24,048 nt of DNA. It comes from Simkaniaceae bacterium. Its GTDB lineage: Bacteria > Chlamydiota > Chlamydiia > Chlamydiales > JAJFMI01. Numbering within the stretch: the stretch's first letter is position 1; each line of letters begins with the position of its first letter. The notes beneath the pieces are model-generated. The model saw nothing but the letters and a program-made list of their open reading frames with translations. It had not been told where the DNA came from and did not search any database. Shown here piece by piece: positions 7,824 to 17,279 of this stretch. Made by a program: the position numbers and the translations under genes. Location of the stretch: NCBI GenBank assembly GCA_040880145.1, contig JBBDIZ010000020.1:1-24048 (forward strand), read 5' to 3'.

Positions 7824-8639
7824 ATGGATTTTGTAAAGGTCTCGGCAACGGGAAATGACTTCATCCTTATTGATGCAAGTACCTTAGAGAGCCAATTGGA
7901 GCCTCTTTTCATCAAGAAGCTCTGTAAAAGGAGTGAAGGTATTGGATCGGATGGGTTGATTTTACTCGCACCTTCATCAAAGGCTGATGGCAGGATGATC
8001 TACTATAATGCAGATGGGGGTCGAGCCTCATTTTGCGGGAATGGCCTTCGGGCAACGGCTTTTTTTGCTAAGAGACTGGGATGGCCTTGTCGTTTGATCG
8101 AAAGTGATGTCTGTTTGCACCACATAAGCTTTCAAGGAGAAGGAATTCAAGTCTCCATGCCGGAGGCATATGAGATGGGGCCGAGCTTTTTTTTCTCTGG
8201 TTTTGTTGTCCATAAGGTTTTTTTAGGTGTGCCTCATGCTGTAATCTTTGTTGAACACCTCGATTCTATAGATGTTAAGACACTGGGAGGCAGTTTGCGG
8301 CATGGTCCGGAGTTTGGCTTGGAAGGCTGCAACGTCAATTTTGTCGAGATTTGCAAAAAAAATCGTATCAGGATAAGAACCTTTGAAAGGGGGGTTGAGG
8401 CTGAAACCCTCTCGTGCGGTAGTGGAGCTGCAGCCGCTGCTTTTATTGGACACTCTCTTGGAGTTGTTAACAGTTTATTAGAAATTATTTTTAAGTCTGG
8501 CGAAAGAGCGCAAATCGAAATAAAGGGGAGTTCACTTTCAATGCAAGGTCCTGTCACCCCGATATACACCGGGACCATTTGTAAGGAGTTTGATCATGCG
8601 GATTGGTATTCCAAAAGAGCGGAAGAATCACGAATATAG
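7824..8639 (+). CDS. dapF: Diaminopimelate epimerase
   Basis: TGNDF, GIGSDG, YNADG..ASFCGNG (catalytic Cys 1), GVPHAV, NVNF and RTFERGVEAETLSCGSG (catalytic Cys 2). The ATG directly follows the clpP TAG. Confidence 0.96.
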   Translation: MDFVKVSATGNDFILIDASTLESQLEPLFIKKLCKRSEGIGSDGLILLAPSSKADGRMIYYNADGGRASFCGNGLRATAFFAKRLGWPCRLIESDVCLHHISFQGEGIQVSMPEAYEMGPSFFFSGFVVHKVFLGVPHAVIFVEHLDSIDVKTLGGSLRHGPEFGLEGCNVNFVEICKKNRIRIRTFERGVEAETLSCGSGAAAAAFIGHSLGVVNSLLEIIFKSGERAQIEIKGSSLSMQGPVTPIYTGTICKEFDHADWYSKRAEESRI

Positions 8640-9714
8640 AGTCGGAGCTACGCCGGGTAAGGTTCGTGTTCTTGTCAATGAAGGGCACAAAGTTATTGTC
8701 GAAAAATCTGCCGGGAAAGCGATCGGTTTCGATGATGATCTTTATGAAAAAGTGGGCGCTAAAATCGTTTCAAATATCGAAGAGATTTATAAAGACTCTG
8801 AAATGATCATTAAAGTTAAAGAGCCTCAACCTGATGAATATCCTCTCATCAAAAAGGGGCAAATTCTCTTTTGTTATCTCCATTTAGCTCCTGATCCGAT
8901 TCAGACAAAAGCGCTTCTTGAGAGTGGGTGCATTGCGATCGCCTATGAGACTGTTGTCGATCAGATGAAGCGTTTGCCTCTTCTCACCCCTATGAGTGAA
9001 CTTGCAGGCCGCATTTCTATTCAGGCAGGGGCTACAGCCCTTCAAATGGCTTATGGAGGAAAAGGGGTGCTGCTCGGCGGCGTTCCGGGAGTGCTGCCGG
9101 GACGTGTTGTTGTGATCGGAGGCGGTGTCGTCGGCACGCATGCAGCGCGAATGGCGATGGGCCTTGGCGCTGATGTAACCATACTCGACCGAAATTTAGA
9201 TCGATTGCGAGAAATTGATGTCGACTTTCACTTTCGAATGAAAACGCTGTTTTCAAGCCCGACAAATGTTGAAATGGCTGTCGAAAGTGCAGATCTTGTC
9301 ATTGGAGCTGTTTTAATCCCTGGAAAATCTGCGCCTAAACTTGTGACAAAAGAGATGGTCAAGCGGATGGAAAAGGGATCGGTGATTGTGGATGTTGCAA
9401 TCGATCAAGGAGGATGCGTTGAAACCTCTAGACCAACCTCCCACTCTGAACCAACTTACATTTTCGATGACATCGTCCATTACTGCGTAACCAATATGCC
9501 GGGAGCTTGCGCCAAAACAGCAACAGAAGCGCTAACTAGCGCGACGCTTCCTTACTCGCTCAAAATCGCCAACTTGGGTTATAAGAAAGCCTTAGAGGAA
9601 GATGGCAGTTTACTTCCGGGTTTAAATGTCTTTAAAGGCCACATCACAAACTCCTTTGTGGCTGAAGATTTAGGATATGAGTATGTGCCTCCAGAAGAAG
9701 CGTTGAAATTATGA
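8596..9714 (+). CDS. ald: Alanine dehydrogenase
   Basis: [43 protein letters not shown] Rossmann motif, VDVAIDQGG and YCVTNMPG. The AAGGAG SD at 8583-8588 supports ATG 8596. Confidence 0.97.
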   Translation: MRIGIPKERKNHEYRVGATPGKVRVLVNEGHKVIVEKSAGKAIGFDDDLYEKVGAKIVSNIEEIYKDSEMIIKVKEPQPDEYPLIKKGQILFCYLHLAPDPIQTKALLESGCIAIAYETVVDQMKRLPLLTPMSELAGRISIQAGATALQMAYGGKGVLLGGVPGVLPGRVVVIGGGVVGTHAARMAMGLGADVTILDRNLDRLREIDVDFHFRMKTLFSSPTNVEMAVESADLVIGAVLIPGKSAPKLVTKEMVKRMEKGSVIVDVAIDQGGCVETSRPTSHSEPTYIFDDIVHYCVTNMPGACAKTATEALTSATLPYSLKIANLGYKKALEEDGSLLPGLNVFKGHITNSFVAEDLGYEYVPPEEALKL

Positions 9715-12700
9715 CCCCCTTTCCCTTTGAGGAGAGTGATAAGAGATTGGGTCAAAAACTCATCGATGAAAAGAAGATTGTAGACCTTCTCTTTTCAGAA
9801 GGGACCACGCAAATTGAAGTGGTCGATGAGCAAAGCTTTTGGCCCTTTATTCAAGTTGATGACGATGGTCGAGTCAAGGACCATTTTTGCACCTGTGAAA
9901 AAGCAGAAAAAACGGGGTCTTGCCCTCACCTTGCTGCCGGGTATTTGACTCTATTTAAAAATGGAGGCCAACCTCTTCATGTGCGATTCAGAACAAGCTT
10001 AATCAATAAACTCTGCCAAATGGCCTCAAGGCGTCATGGGTATGATGAAGGGACACTCGTTCAAAAAAGCCCTCTCCTATTTGAATCGCACTCTCTTACA
10101 GGTAAAATATTATTCCGCATAGAGGTAAAAGATCAGAAGATTTTAGCCCCTTTCACTTCTCATCGGCCAATCGAAACTGAAGAAACTTCATTAAAATTTT
10201 CAAACCTCTCTTTAGAAGAACTCGTTCTTTATCGAAAGGGCACTCCTTCTGAAAAGCTTCAATACGAGCTCTCTTTTTGGTCGGATTTAGCAAAGTTTCT
10301 TTTTCTTCGCATGGAATTTGACAAAGATTATAAAATTTATTTTAAAGGAGACTCTTTACCAAATGAAGTGATTTTAACCTTTGCTAATTGCAGGCTTTTT
10401 TTCTATATCGCCAAAGTTAATTGGCCCGATTTGATTCCAACCCTTCGCTCAGTCTGCTCACCCTTAACCGTTCGTGAATTTCAGAAAAGAGAAATCGAAG
10501 AGATCTTATTTGATGAGAAACAACAGAAATTTTTCATTCAATCCCGGTCGATTTCATCTTCAGAAAAGATTCCTGAAGGGGAGGGAATTGAAGTGGGAGA
10601 TTATCTTTTTTTTAAGCAAATCGGTTTTTTTTCTAAGTCAACAGGCGCTTTTTTAAGACAAAAAGAGATTCCAAAAGAGCAGATTCACGAATTTCTTACA
10701 AAACATGCTCCACTTATTCAACATCATCTTCAGGGGACAGAGTTAAATCTAAATAAGCAAAAAGCGCGCTATTATCTGAATATCGATCGAGAGGGAAATC
10801 TCAACATCCATCTTTACCTTTTTGAAAAAGGGGACCTTGAAAGAGATTATGCTGATTTATTCGGTCCTTTTGCCTATTTACCTCAAAGAGGGTTTTATTT
10901 GATTGAAGGGCTGCTATTTGAAGAAAAGTCCCGCACGATTCAAAAAGAAAAAGTTGGAGATTTTGTAACAAGGCATCGTCTTTGGCTTAGTGAGCACGAA
11001 GGGTTTGAAACACACCTTTTAGGCATTGAGTCAAAAATTAAATTCTCGGTATCTGAAAAAGGGGTCTTGCATTTTAAAAGCGAGCAAATGCTTTTAGGAG
11101 AAGAAGGCTCTATCATTGATTATGGTGATTGGCTCTATGTTAAAGGAAGTGGTTTTTATACAAAAGTGACTTCCAAGAGAGTGCCCTTTTTAGCCTCCTC
11201 TTTGAAGCTTGCAAAAGAAGAAGTCGATGCGTTCATCACAACGCATAGAGAAGATCTTGATCAGGTTGAAGGATTTTTTACGCCCTTGCAAGTTGTCGAA
11301 AAAACAGGGCTTAAGATTACTTTAGATGATGAGATGTGCGTGATGATTCAGCCCTTGATTACCTTTTTACCGGATTTTCAAAAACGTCCGCTTCAGCTTT
11401 TTGGAGACTATGTTTATGTTTTAAACCATGGATTTTCTGAGATCCCATCAAATCTTAAATTGCCTTTAGATTTTCGAGTCGAAAGACGAGTTGAAAAGCG
11501 GGCTTTAATCGACTTTCTATTCCAAGATCTTCCAAGGCTCGATCCTTATATTACTGACATTGATTCCAGGCTTAAACGCCCTGAGCGCTTAAGGTTAAAA
11601 CTTCTTCAGTTGACCAAAGGGAAAAAAGAAGGGGAGTGGTTTTTAGATTTAGCCTATGCGAGCACACATGGAGAGCTCGATTTTTATACTCTGTTTGAAG
11701 CCATCTATTCCAAACAGAAATTTCTTTTCTCGGATGCAGGATTGATCAATCTTCTCGATCCCCGGTTTCACTGGATCAAATCTCTTTTAAAGAAAAATTT
11801 TTCTAAAGATCGCAAAAGGCTTAAGCTTTCGACTCTAGAGTGGCTTCGTTTACAAGCTTTTGAATCGATTCAAAAGCCGGCAGCTCGAAATCAGGCGGAT
11901 AAGCGGACTTTAAAGCGGTTGCATGAAATCAGCTCGTTAAAAACAAGCGAAGAGCCCGATCTAACGGGGCTGAAAAGTACTCTGCGGCCTTATCAACTAA
12001 TAGGAGTGAAATGGCTCTTTTCAATCTATACTTATGGGTTGTCAGCGCTTCTTTGCGATGAAATGGGGCTTGGGAAAACTCATCAAGCGATGGCTCTAAT
12101 CGCTTCATGTTTAAATCGAAAAAAAGGCTATAAGATTTTAGTTGTCTGTCCCACCTCCGTAATTTATCACTGGGAAGATCTATTGATGCGGTTTTTGCCT
12201 TCTGCTAAGACGCTTATCTATTATGGAGTGGGTAGATCCCTTCAAAAAAGAGATGCTGAGATTATTGTAACTTCTTATGGAACGGCTCGAAGTGAAAAAA
12301 AGCCCTTCAAGGACTATAAATTCGAACTTGCGATTTTCGATGAAATTCAAACTGCAAAAAATAAAAATTCTAAGACTTATAAAGCCCTTCGATCGGTTGA
12401 TGCACATGTGCGCTTGGGATTGACCGGAACCCCTATTGAGAATAATTTATTTGAGTTAAAAGCACTTTTTGATCTTGTGCTGCCCACCTATTTCCCATCC
12501 GACGCTGCTTTTAAAGAGCTCTTTGTCTCTCCAATTGAAAAAAACTTTGACTCTGATAAACGGCAGCTCCTTTCGAGATTGATCCATCCTTTTATGCTTC
12601 GAAGGAGAAAGGAGGATGTGCTAAAAGAGCTTCCGGAATGTATTGAAGAGGTGGCTTATTGCGACCTTTCAAATGATCAAAGACGTGAGTATAATGCCGC

Positions 12701-13385
12701 TATAAAGGCCCTGTCTAGAAAGATTTTGCCTGAGCTCAATGATCGAAAAGAGCCGGTGCCTTATCTCCATATCTTTACCCTTTTAACAAAGTTAAAGCAA
12801 ATCTGTGATCATCCAGCCCTTATCAATAAAGAACCTGAAAAGGCGGATGAATATCAATCCGGGAAGTGGGATCTTTATAGTGAACTTTTAACAGAAGCTT
12901 TAGAAAGCGGTCAAAAAGTCGTAGTCTTCTCTCAATTTTTAGATATGATTAAAATCATCGAAAACGATTTAAAGAAACGGGGGATTGGGTACGCTTCTAT
13001 AAAAGGGGCTACAAGGGATCGAAAAAACGAGCTGACCCGCTTTAAAAATGATCCCGATTGCCGTGTTTTTGTCGGCTCGCTGCAAGCAGCCGGAACAGGT
13101 ATTGATCTGATCTCTGCTTCCATTGTCATCCATTACGACAGGTGGTGGAATCCGGCAAAAGAGGAGCAAGCCACAGCTCGAGTTCATCGCATGGGGCAAA
13201 AAAGAGGGGTTTTAGTTTTTAAGCTTGTAACAAAAAAAAGCATTGAAGAGCACATACATGCTCTCATTGAGAAAAAAAGAGCCCTTCACGAAATCGTCCA
13301 TTTTGATGATCAAGAAAGTCTAAAATCACTGAATCGAGACGAGCTTATTTCCCTCCTTTCAGAGGTTCAAGAAAACTTGTCCTAA
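9711..13385 (+). CDS. SNF2/SWI2-family helicase-like ATPase with an N-terminal SWIM zinc finger
   Basis: SWIM motif CTC...CPH; LRPYQ Q-motif; DEMGLGKT; DEIQ; LTGTPIEN; LKQICDHP; VFSQF; WWNPA..EQATARVHRMGQ. ATGA overlap with the ald stop. Confidence 0.95.
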   Translation: MTPFPFEESDKRLGQKLIDEKKIVDLLFSEGTTQIEVVDEQSFWPFIQVDDDGRVKDHFCTCEKAEKTGSCPHLAAGYLTLFKNGGQPLHVRFRTSLINKLCQMASRRHGYDEGTLVQKSPLLFESHSLTGKILFRIEVKDQKILAPFTSHRPIETEETSLKFSNLSLEELVLYRKGTPSEKLQYELSFWSDLAKFLFLRMEFDKDYKIYFKGDSLPNEVILTFANCRLFFYIAKVNWPDLIPTLRSVCSPLTVREFQKREIEEILFDEKQQKFFIQSRSISSSEKIPEGEGIEVGDYLFFKQIGFFSKSTGAFLRQKEIPKEQIHEFLTKHAPLIQHHLQGTELNLNKQKARYYLNIDREGNLNIHLYLFEKGDLERDYADLFGPFAYLPQRGFYLIEGLLFEEKSRTIQKEKVGDFVTRHRLWLSEHEGFETHLLGIESKIKFSVSEKGVLHFKSEQMLLGEEGSIIDYGDWLYVKGSGFYTKVTSKRVPFLASSLKLAKEEVDAFITTHREDLDQVEGFFTPLQVVEKTGLKITLDDEMCVMIQPLITFLPDFQKRPLQLFGDYVYVLNHGFSEIPSNLKLPLDFRVERRVEKRALIDFLFQDLPRLDPYITDIDSRLKRPERLRLKLLQLTKGKKEGEWFLDLAYASTHGELDFYTLFEAIYSKQKFLFSDAGLINLLDPRFHWIKSLLKKNFSKDRKRLKLSTLEWLRLQAFESIQKPAARNQADKRTLKRLHEISSLKTSEEPDLTGLKSTLRPYQLIGVKWLFSIYTYGLSALLCDEMGLGKTHQAMALIASCLNRKKGYKILVVCPTSVIYHWEDLLMRFLPSAKTLIYYGVGRSLQKRDAEIIVTSYGTARSEKKPFKDYKFELAIFDEIQTAKNKNSKTYKALRSVDAHVRLGLTGTPIENNLFELKALFDLVLPTYFPSDAAFKELFVSPIEKNFDSDKRQLLSRLIHPFMLRRRKEDVLKELPECIEEVAYCDLSNDQRREYNAAIKALSRKILPELNDRKEPVPYLHIFTLLTKLKQICDHPALINKEPEKADEYQSGKWDLYSELLTEALESGQKVVVFSQFLDMIKIIENDLKKRGIGYASIKGATRDRKNELTRFKNDPDCRVFVGSLQAAGTGIDLISASIVIHYDRWWNPAKEEQATARVHRMGQKRGVLVFKLVTKKSIEEHIHALIEKKRALHEIVHFDDQESLKSLNRDELISLLSEVQENLS

Positions 13386-13463
13386 AATATATTGAAACAA
13401 CTTCAAGAATCGGCTTTCGCTAGCTAGAGAAAATCGATTAATTGAATATAAACAGGAGTCTAT

Positions 13464-14135
13464 ATGAATGTGGTTAGGCTGGATCTTCAAAATCAACTAA
13501 TTATTGATAGAAAGGGAAAGACGAATTATTCTGTTAATCAAAAAATTGCAACCTTAATTCAAGAGCTTAAGGAAAAAGGCCCCATGGTTGGAGTGGGTTC
13601 TTTTGGACCTGAAGTGTTCAATGGAGATCCCATAAAGCCTAAAAATCATCCAATCGATTGCTATGGATGGAAGGCGGATGCTAGAAAATCAATCCGAGGT
13701 CATTTCACTTTTGTTGTCGTAGGTGCGGCGCAAGATAAGGAGAAAGCATTTGTCTACTACAAAATGACAACGGATATTACAGAAAATCCCTTATCTCCTT
13801 TTCGATTGCATAAAATCAGTGATAAGAAAACCTATGTCACTTCCTTTAAAAAATTTGATGATTTATTAATTGATCTTTTCCCTGAAAATGAGTTTATCAA
13901 TAGGTTGAGTTCTCTCGATTTAGGTGATGGAGAAAAGACGTATAAGGAAATTGGCCAATCTATTTTTGATTTTTACAAGGAAAAGGCTCAAGGAAACTCC
14001 CTCATGGGGATGGCAGCGGCTGTCTGTGTATGTGAGGCGTTAGGGAAAAGCGTAATTGATGGATGCCTGCGCTCTCAATATGTGGAAAAAGCTTGGAATG
14101 GCATCGGTGATTCAAAATGCTGCTGGTACGGGTGA
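13464..14135 (+). CDS. Hypothetical protein (223 aa)
   Basis: AGGAG SD at 13454-13458 before the ATG; the ORF fills the intergenic space. No confident family. Confidence 0.8.
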   Translation: MNVVRLDLQNQLIIDRKGKTNYSVNQKIATLIQELKEKGPMVGVGSFGPEVFNGDPIKPKNHPIDCYGWKADARKSIRGHFTFVVVGAAQDKEKAFVYYKMTTDITENPLSPFRLHKISDKKTYVTSFKKFDDLLIDLFPENEFINRLSSLDLGDGEKTYKEIGQSIFDFYKEKAQGNSLMGMAAAVCVCEALGKSVIDGCLRSQYVEKAWNGIGDSKCCWYG

Positions 14136-14157
14136 TTATTTAAATTTAATCGTATAC

Positions 14158-14562
14158 TCAAAACTCCATCTTAGTAGCTATGCCGAATCCAAGAAGCCCA
14201 CCAACAGCTAGAGGGGCCCCAAACAAGAACACAGGTATCAGGAAAAGAGAGTTTGGTGATAATAAGCAGCCGCCAGCGAGTAGAATGAGACAGCCCACAA
14301 CTGCGCAAACAACTGATAAAATTCCTAGGATGATATTGCCAACTAGCTCCCAATCGATAGAAAATTTTTTTACTGCTTCTACATCCGGTTTCTTGACTGC
14401 TTCTGCTTCAGTTTTCTTAATTTTGTCGACCTGTTGAAATTTTTCTATAAGCGTCGTTTGTTTGTCATATATTTTTTTTACTTTATCTAAACCGGTGTCG
14501 TCATTATTATTAAATAGATCGGTAGTTTCAATATTATTATAGATATCATAAGTTATTTCCAT
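14158..14562 (-). CDS. Small membrane protein with a bilobed hydrophobic domain (Inc-like candidate)
   Basis: GGAGGA SD before the ATG. Hydrophilic N-terminal ~70 aa, then ~57 uncharged residues split by an SPNS turn. Confidence 0.75.
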   Translation of the reverse strand: MEITYDIYNNIETTDLFNNNDDTGLDKVKKIYDKQTTLIEKFQQVDKIKKTEAEAVKKPDVEAVKKFSIDWELVGNIILGILSVVCAVVGCLILLAGGCLLSPNSLFLIPVFLFGAPLAVGGLLGFGIATKMEF

Positions 14563-14681
14563 TTTTATCCTCCATTTTATTTATGTATATATTATCACAT
14601 GCAAAACTAATTATAAACAAAAAAAATTGATAATGATTATTTGAATATTCATAATATCGGATATGGGTTATGATGCTTTCT

Positions 14682-16058
14682 ATGAAAATGCCAAAAGTTG
14701 CTTTAGTTGGACGCCCAAACGTCGGTAAGTCCTCTTTATTTAATCGGATCGTGAAAAAACGAATGGCGATTGTTGATGAAATGGAGGGGGTCACAAGAGA
14801 TCGTCTTTATGCCGAGGTCGAAATATTTGGCCGCCATATTAAAATGATTGATACCGGGGGGATTGATCAGACGGAATCGATTCCTTTCTGGCGTGAGGTT
14901 AAAGGGCAGGCCTTAGCGGCTATTGAAGAGGCGGATGTCGTTGTGATGGTTGCCGACGGTGTGGTTGGCTTAACAAATCTTGATGAGGAGATCGCCCGGT
15001 TTCTCCACTCTAAGAATAAGCCGCTCATTCTCGCTGTCAATAAAGTCGATACTCATAAGAGACAGGATGCTGTCCATAATTTCCACGGTATTGGAATTGA
15101 AAAAGTGATGGGGGTTTCGGCTATTCAGGGCTTTCAGATCGCAGAATTATTGGAGCTGATTATTAATACGGCCGGTGAGGGGAGCGAAGAAGATGAGGTT
15201 GATGCTATTAATGTCGCGATCCTTGGCAAACCTAATGTTGGCAAATCGACCTTTTTGAATCAACTTCTCGATAGAGAGCGCTCCATCGTCAGCCCGATTG
15301 CCGGGACAACGCGAGATAGCATTGATGCTCTTTTTGAGCATAATGGAACAACCTATCGATTAATCGATACAGCAGGACTTCGTCGAAAATCAAAAGAGCC
15401 TGAAGTTGTCGATAAATTTTCACGGATTCGAACGGAAAGGGCTCTTAAGCGAGCCGATATTTGTCTCTTTATGGTCGATGCCAATGAGGGGGTAACGGCT
15501 CAGGAGAAAAAGATACTCAAAGATATCGAAGAGAGTGGAAAGGGTTGTATCCTCTACTTCAATAAATGGGATACCGTTACAGGCTTCCGAATGGAGCACT
15601 GCGTTCAAAGAGCAAAGCAAGTGATGCCTTTTCTAGAGCATTGCCCTTTTCTTTTTGGTTCAGCAAAAACAGGTCGCAACGTCTTCGATGCCATGAATGA
15701 AGTGAAAAAAGTCTATAGCGAACTTAGCCGTCGTATCTCAACAGGTCAGCTCAATAGCTTTCTAACCCGTGTGATGCAACTAAATCACCCGCCAATGATC
15801 AATGGAAAGCGCCTTCGAATTTACTACATGACTCAAATTGCTTCTCTTCCTCCTCTATTCGTCCTCTTTGTCAATCACCTTGACCGCCTTTCTCCAACTT
15901 ATCAAAAATATCTTATCAATCAGTTCCGTAAAACCTATGGGTTTTTAGGAACGCCTCTTAAATTTATTATTCGAAAGCGCGTCTCGAAGGAGCGCAAAAC
16001 AGGACAAGCGCCTCAATTGGAAGGCCCAAGCAAAATCGAAGAGTTGGTTTTTCAATAG
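14682..16058 (+). CDS. der: Ribosome biogenesis GTPase Der/EngA
   Basis: Two G domains (GRPNVGKSS/GVTRD/DTGG/NKVD and GKPNVGKST/GTTRD/DTAG/NKWD) and a KH-like C-terminus (RIYYMTQ..PPLFVLF..GTPL). The start may be 14670, 14682 or 14688. Confidence 0.97.
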   Translation: MKMPKVALVGRPNVGKSSLFNRIVKKRMAIVDEMEGVTRDRLYAEVEIFGRHIKMIDTGGIDQTESIPFWREVKGQALAAIEEADVVVMVADGVVGLTNLDEEIARFLHSKNKPLILAVNKVDTHKRQDAVHNFHGIGIEKVMGVSAIQGFQIAELLELIINTAGEGSEEDEVDAINVAILGKPNVGKSTFLNQLLDRERSIVSPIAGTTRDSIDALFEHNGTTYRLIDTAGLRRKSKEPEVVDKFSRIRTERALKRADICLFMVDANEGVTAQEKKILKDIEESGKGCILYFNKWDTVTGFRMEHCVQRAKQVMPFLEHCPFLFGSAKTGRNVFDAMNEVKKVYSELSRRISTGQLNSFLTRVMQLNHPPMINGKRLRIYYMTQIASLPPLFVLFVNHLDRLSPTYQKYLINQFRKTYGFLGTPLKFIIRKRVSKERKTGQAPQLEGPSKIEELVFQ

Positions 16059-16078
16059 TCGTTGATTTTTCAACCAAA

Positions 16079-17269
16079 CTAGAAAGTCATTTGCATCTTG
16101 ATGACTAGTCCGTGAAGTCCTAAGTCTCCATGGGCATTTTCTTCTAGACGAAAAAAATTGCTCTGGCTGATCCAAAGCTGCTCTTCCCATCCTGCGTCAA
16201 GTTTAAAATAGAAGCGTTCATTTTCTGTCCATTTTTCAAATCTGAGTCCAATAAAGAAGTCAAAAACACCTTTTAGAGAATAGTAGCTGTTTCTTGTCCG
16301 AAGAAGATCAAGATTAGAAACAGGGAGGTCATTTGCATCAAATGCGATTTGGTTGTCTGTGCGATGGACCTCAAAGTGTGAGAGAAGGACCGAAACAGCG
16401 CCATTGACAAAGAAGCTAAAATAGCGGAAGAGTTTCCAGCTTGAGTCCAATCCAGAGCGGAGTCCTATTCCCCAATAATCCATCTTTTGAGTCATGGTCC
16501 ATTGATTTAATACACCCGGTCCTCCAATAGGAGGTGTCAAATAGATGACATCGTAATATTGATCTTGCCAGCTTCCTCGTAATCCAAAATGAGGTCTGAT
16601 TGCTAGGCATCGTCCAACATAATAGTTTCTTGCAATCTCTAGGTCGATTAAATCAAAGTCAAGATTCCACTTTGAGGATGCCGAATTGATCGCCTGGTTA
16701 GGCGGCAGGTTCGTGCTATTGCCAATACCGGAACCTCCAATGCCCCATATGTTTGCTAACTGATTGTTGGGATTTTGAGGATTTGATGAATAGGAGCGTG
16801 AATTATGCGTGTTGAAATTTGTATATTGCGCATAGATATCCCAGCCGTCAAAGGGAAAATTATAACCCATGCCGACTTTAAATCCGGGATCCCAGCTCTC
16901 ATTTGGATGACGAATCGAACCTTCTTCCGGGACACTCACAGTAGCATTTTGAGGGGCGCTTCCGGTAGTCGCATAAGCAATCCCGTCTTCTTTTGCTGTC
17001 CAGTAAAGAAAATCTCCTGTTATATAGAGATTCCATCCACACACGACTTGAGGGCCTGCCTCAAAGGTAATGCCCCGATTGCATGGAACATTCTTCTGTT
17101 CATCGCAAGAATAAGGACAGGAGCCGGGCTCTTCTTTATAGTCGCATTGAGGCTGAGATTCCGTCGCCATCATCCCATGGCCGGATTCATTTGCCTCGTT
17201 TTCTTGTGCAATAAGAGTCGATTGCACTACTAAACAGATAATAAGAGAGAGCTTTTTTCGTTTATTCAT
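16079..17269 (-). CDS. MOMP-like outer-membrane beta-barrel (Legionella MOMP/Lpg1974-like family)
   Basis: Signal peptide; GDFLYWTAKEDG, WDPGFKVGMGY, DGWD, WGIGLRSG, GWEEQLW and GDLGLHGL; C-terminal Phe. Confidence 0.85.
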   Translation of the reverse strand: MNKRKKLSLIICLVVQSTLIAQENEANESGHGMMATESQPQCDYKEEPGSCPYSCDEQKNVPCNRGITFEAGPQVVCGWNLYITGDFLYWTAKEDGIAYATTGSAPQNATVSVPEEGSIRHPNESWDPGFKVGMGYNFPFDGWDIYAQYTNFNTHNSRSYSSNPQNPNNQLANIWGIGGSGIGNSTNLPPNQAINSASSKWNLDFDLIDLEIARNYYVGRCLAIRPHFGLRGSWQDQYYDVIYLTPPIGGPGVLNQWTMTQKMDYWGIGLRSGLDSSWKLFRYFSFFVNGAVSVLLSHFEVHRTDNQIAFDANDLPVSNLDLLRTRNSYYSLKGVFDFFIGLRFEKWTENERFYFKLDAGWEEQLWISQSNFFRLEENAHGDLGLHGLVIKMQMTF

Positions 17270-17279
17270 TTTTTAACCA

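Noticed and set aside
9711..14135. SNF2 ATPase plus downstream ORF as an anti-phage defence system
   Set aside because: The SWIM-SNF2 protein resembles the conserved chlamydial type and is coupled to a housekeeping operon. No nuclease, methylase or other defence partner is recognisable.
16040..16080. Possible bidirectional terminator between der and the porin gene
   Set aside because: Only a weak, interrupted inverted repeat (TTGGTT/AACCAA) is present, with no convincing GC stem.
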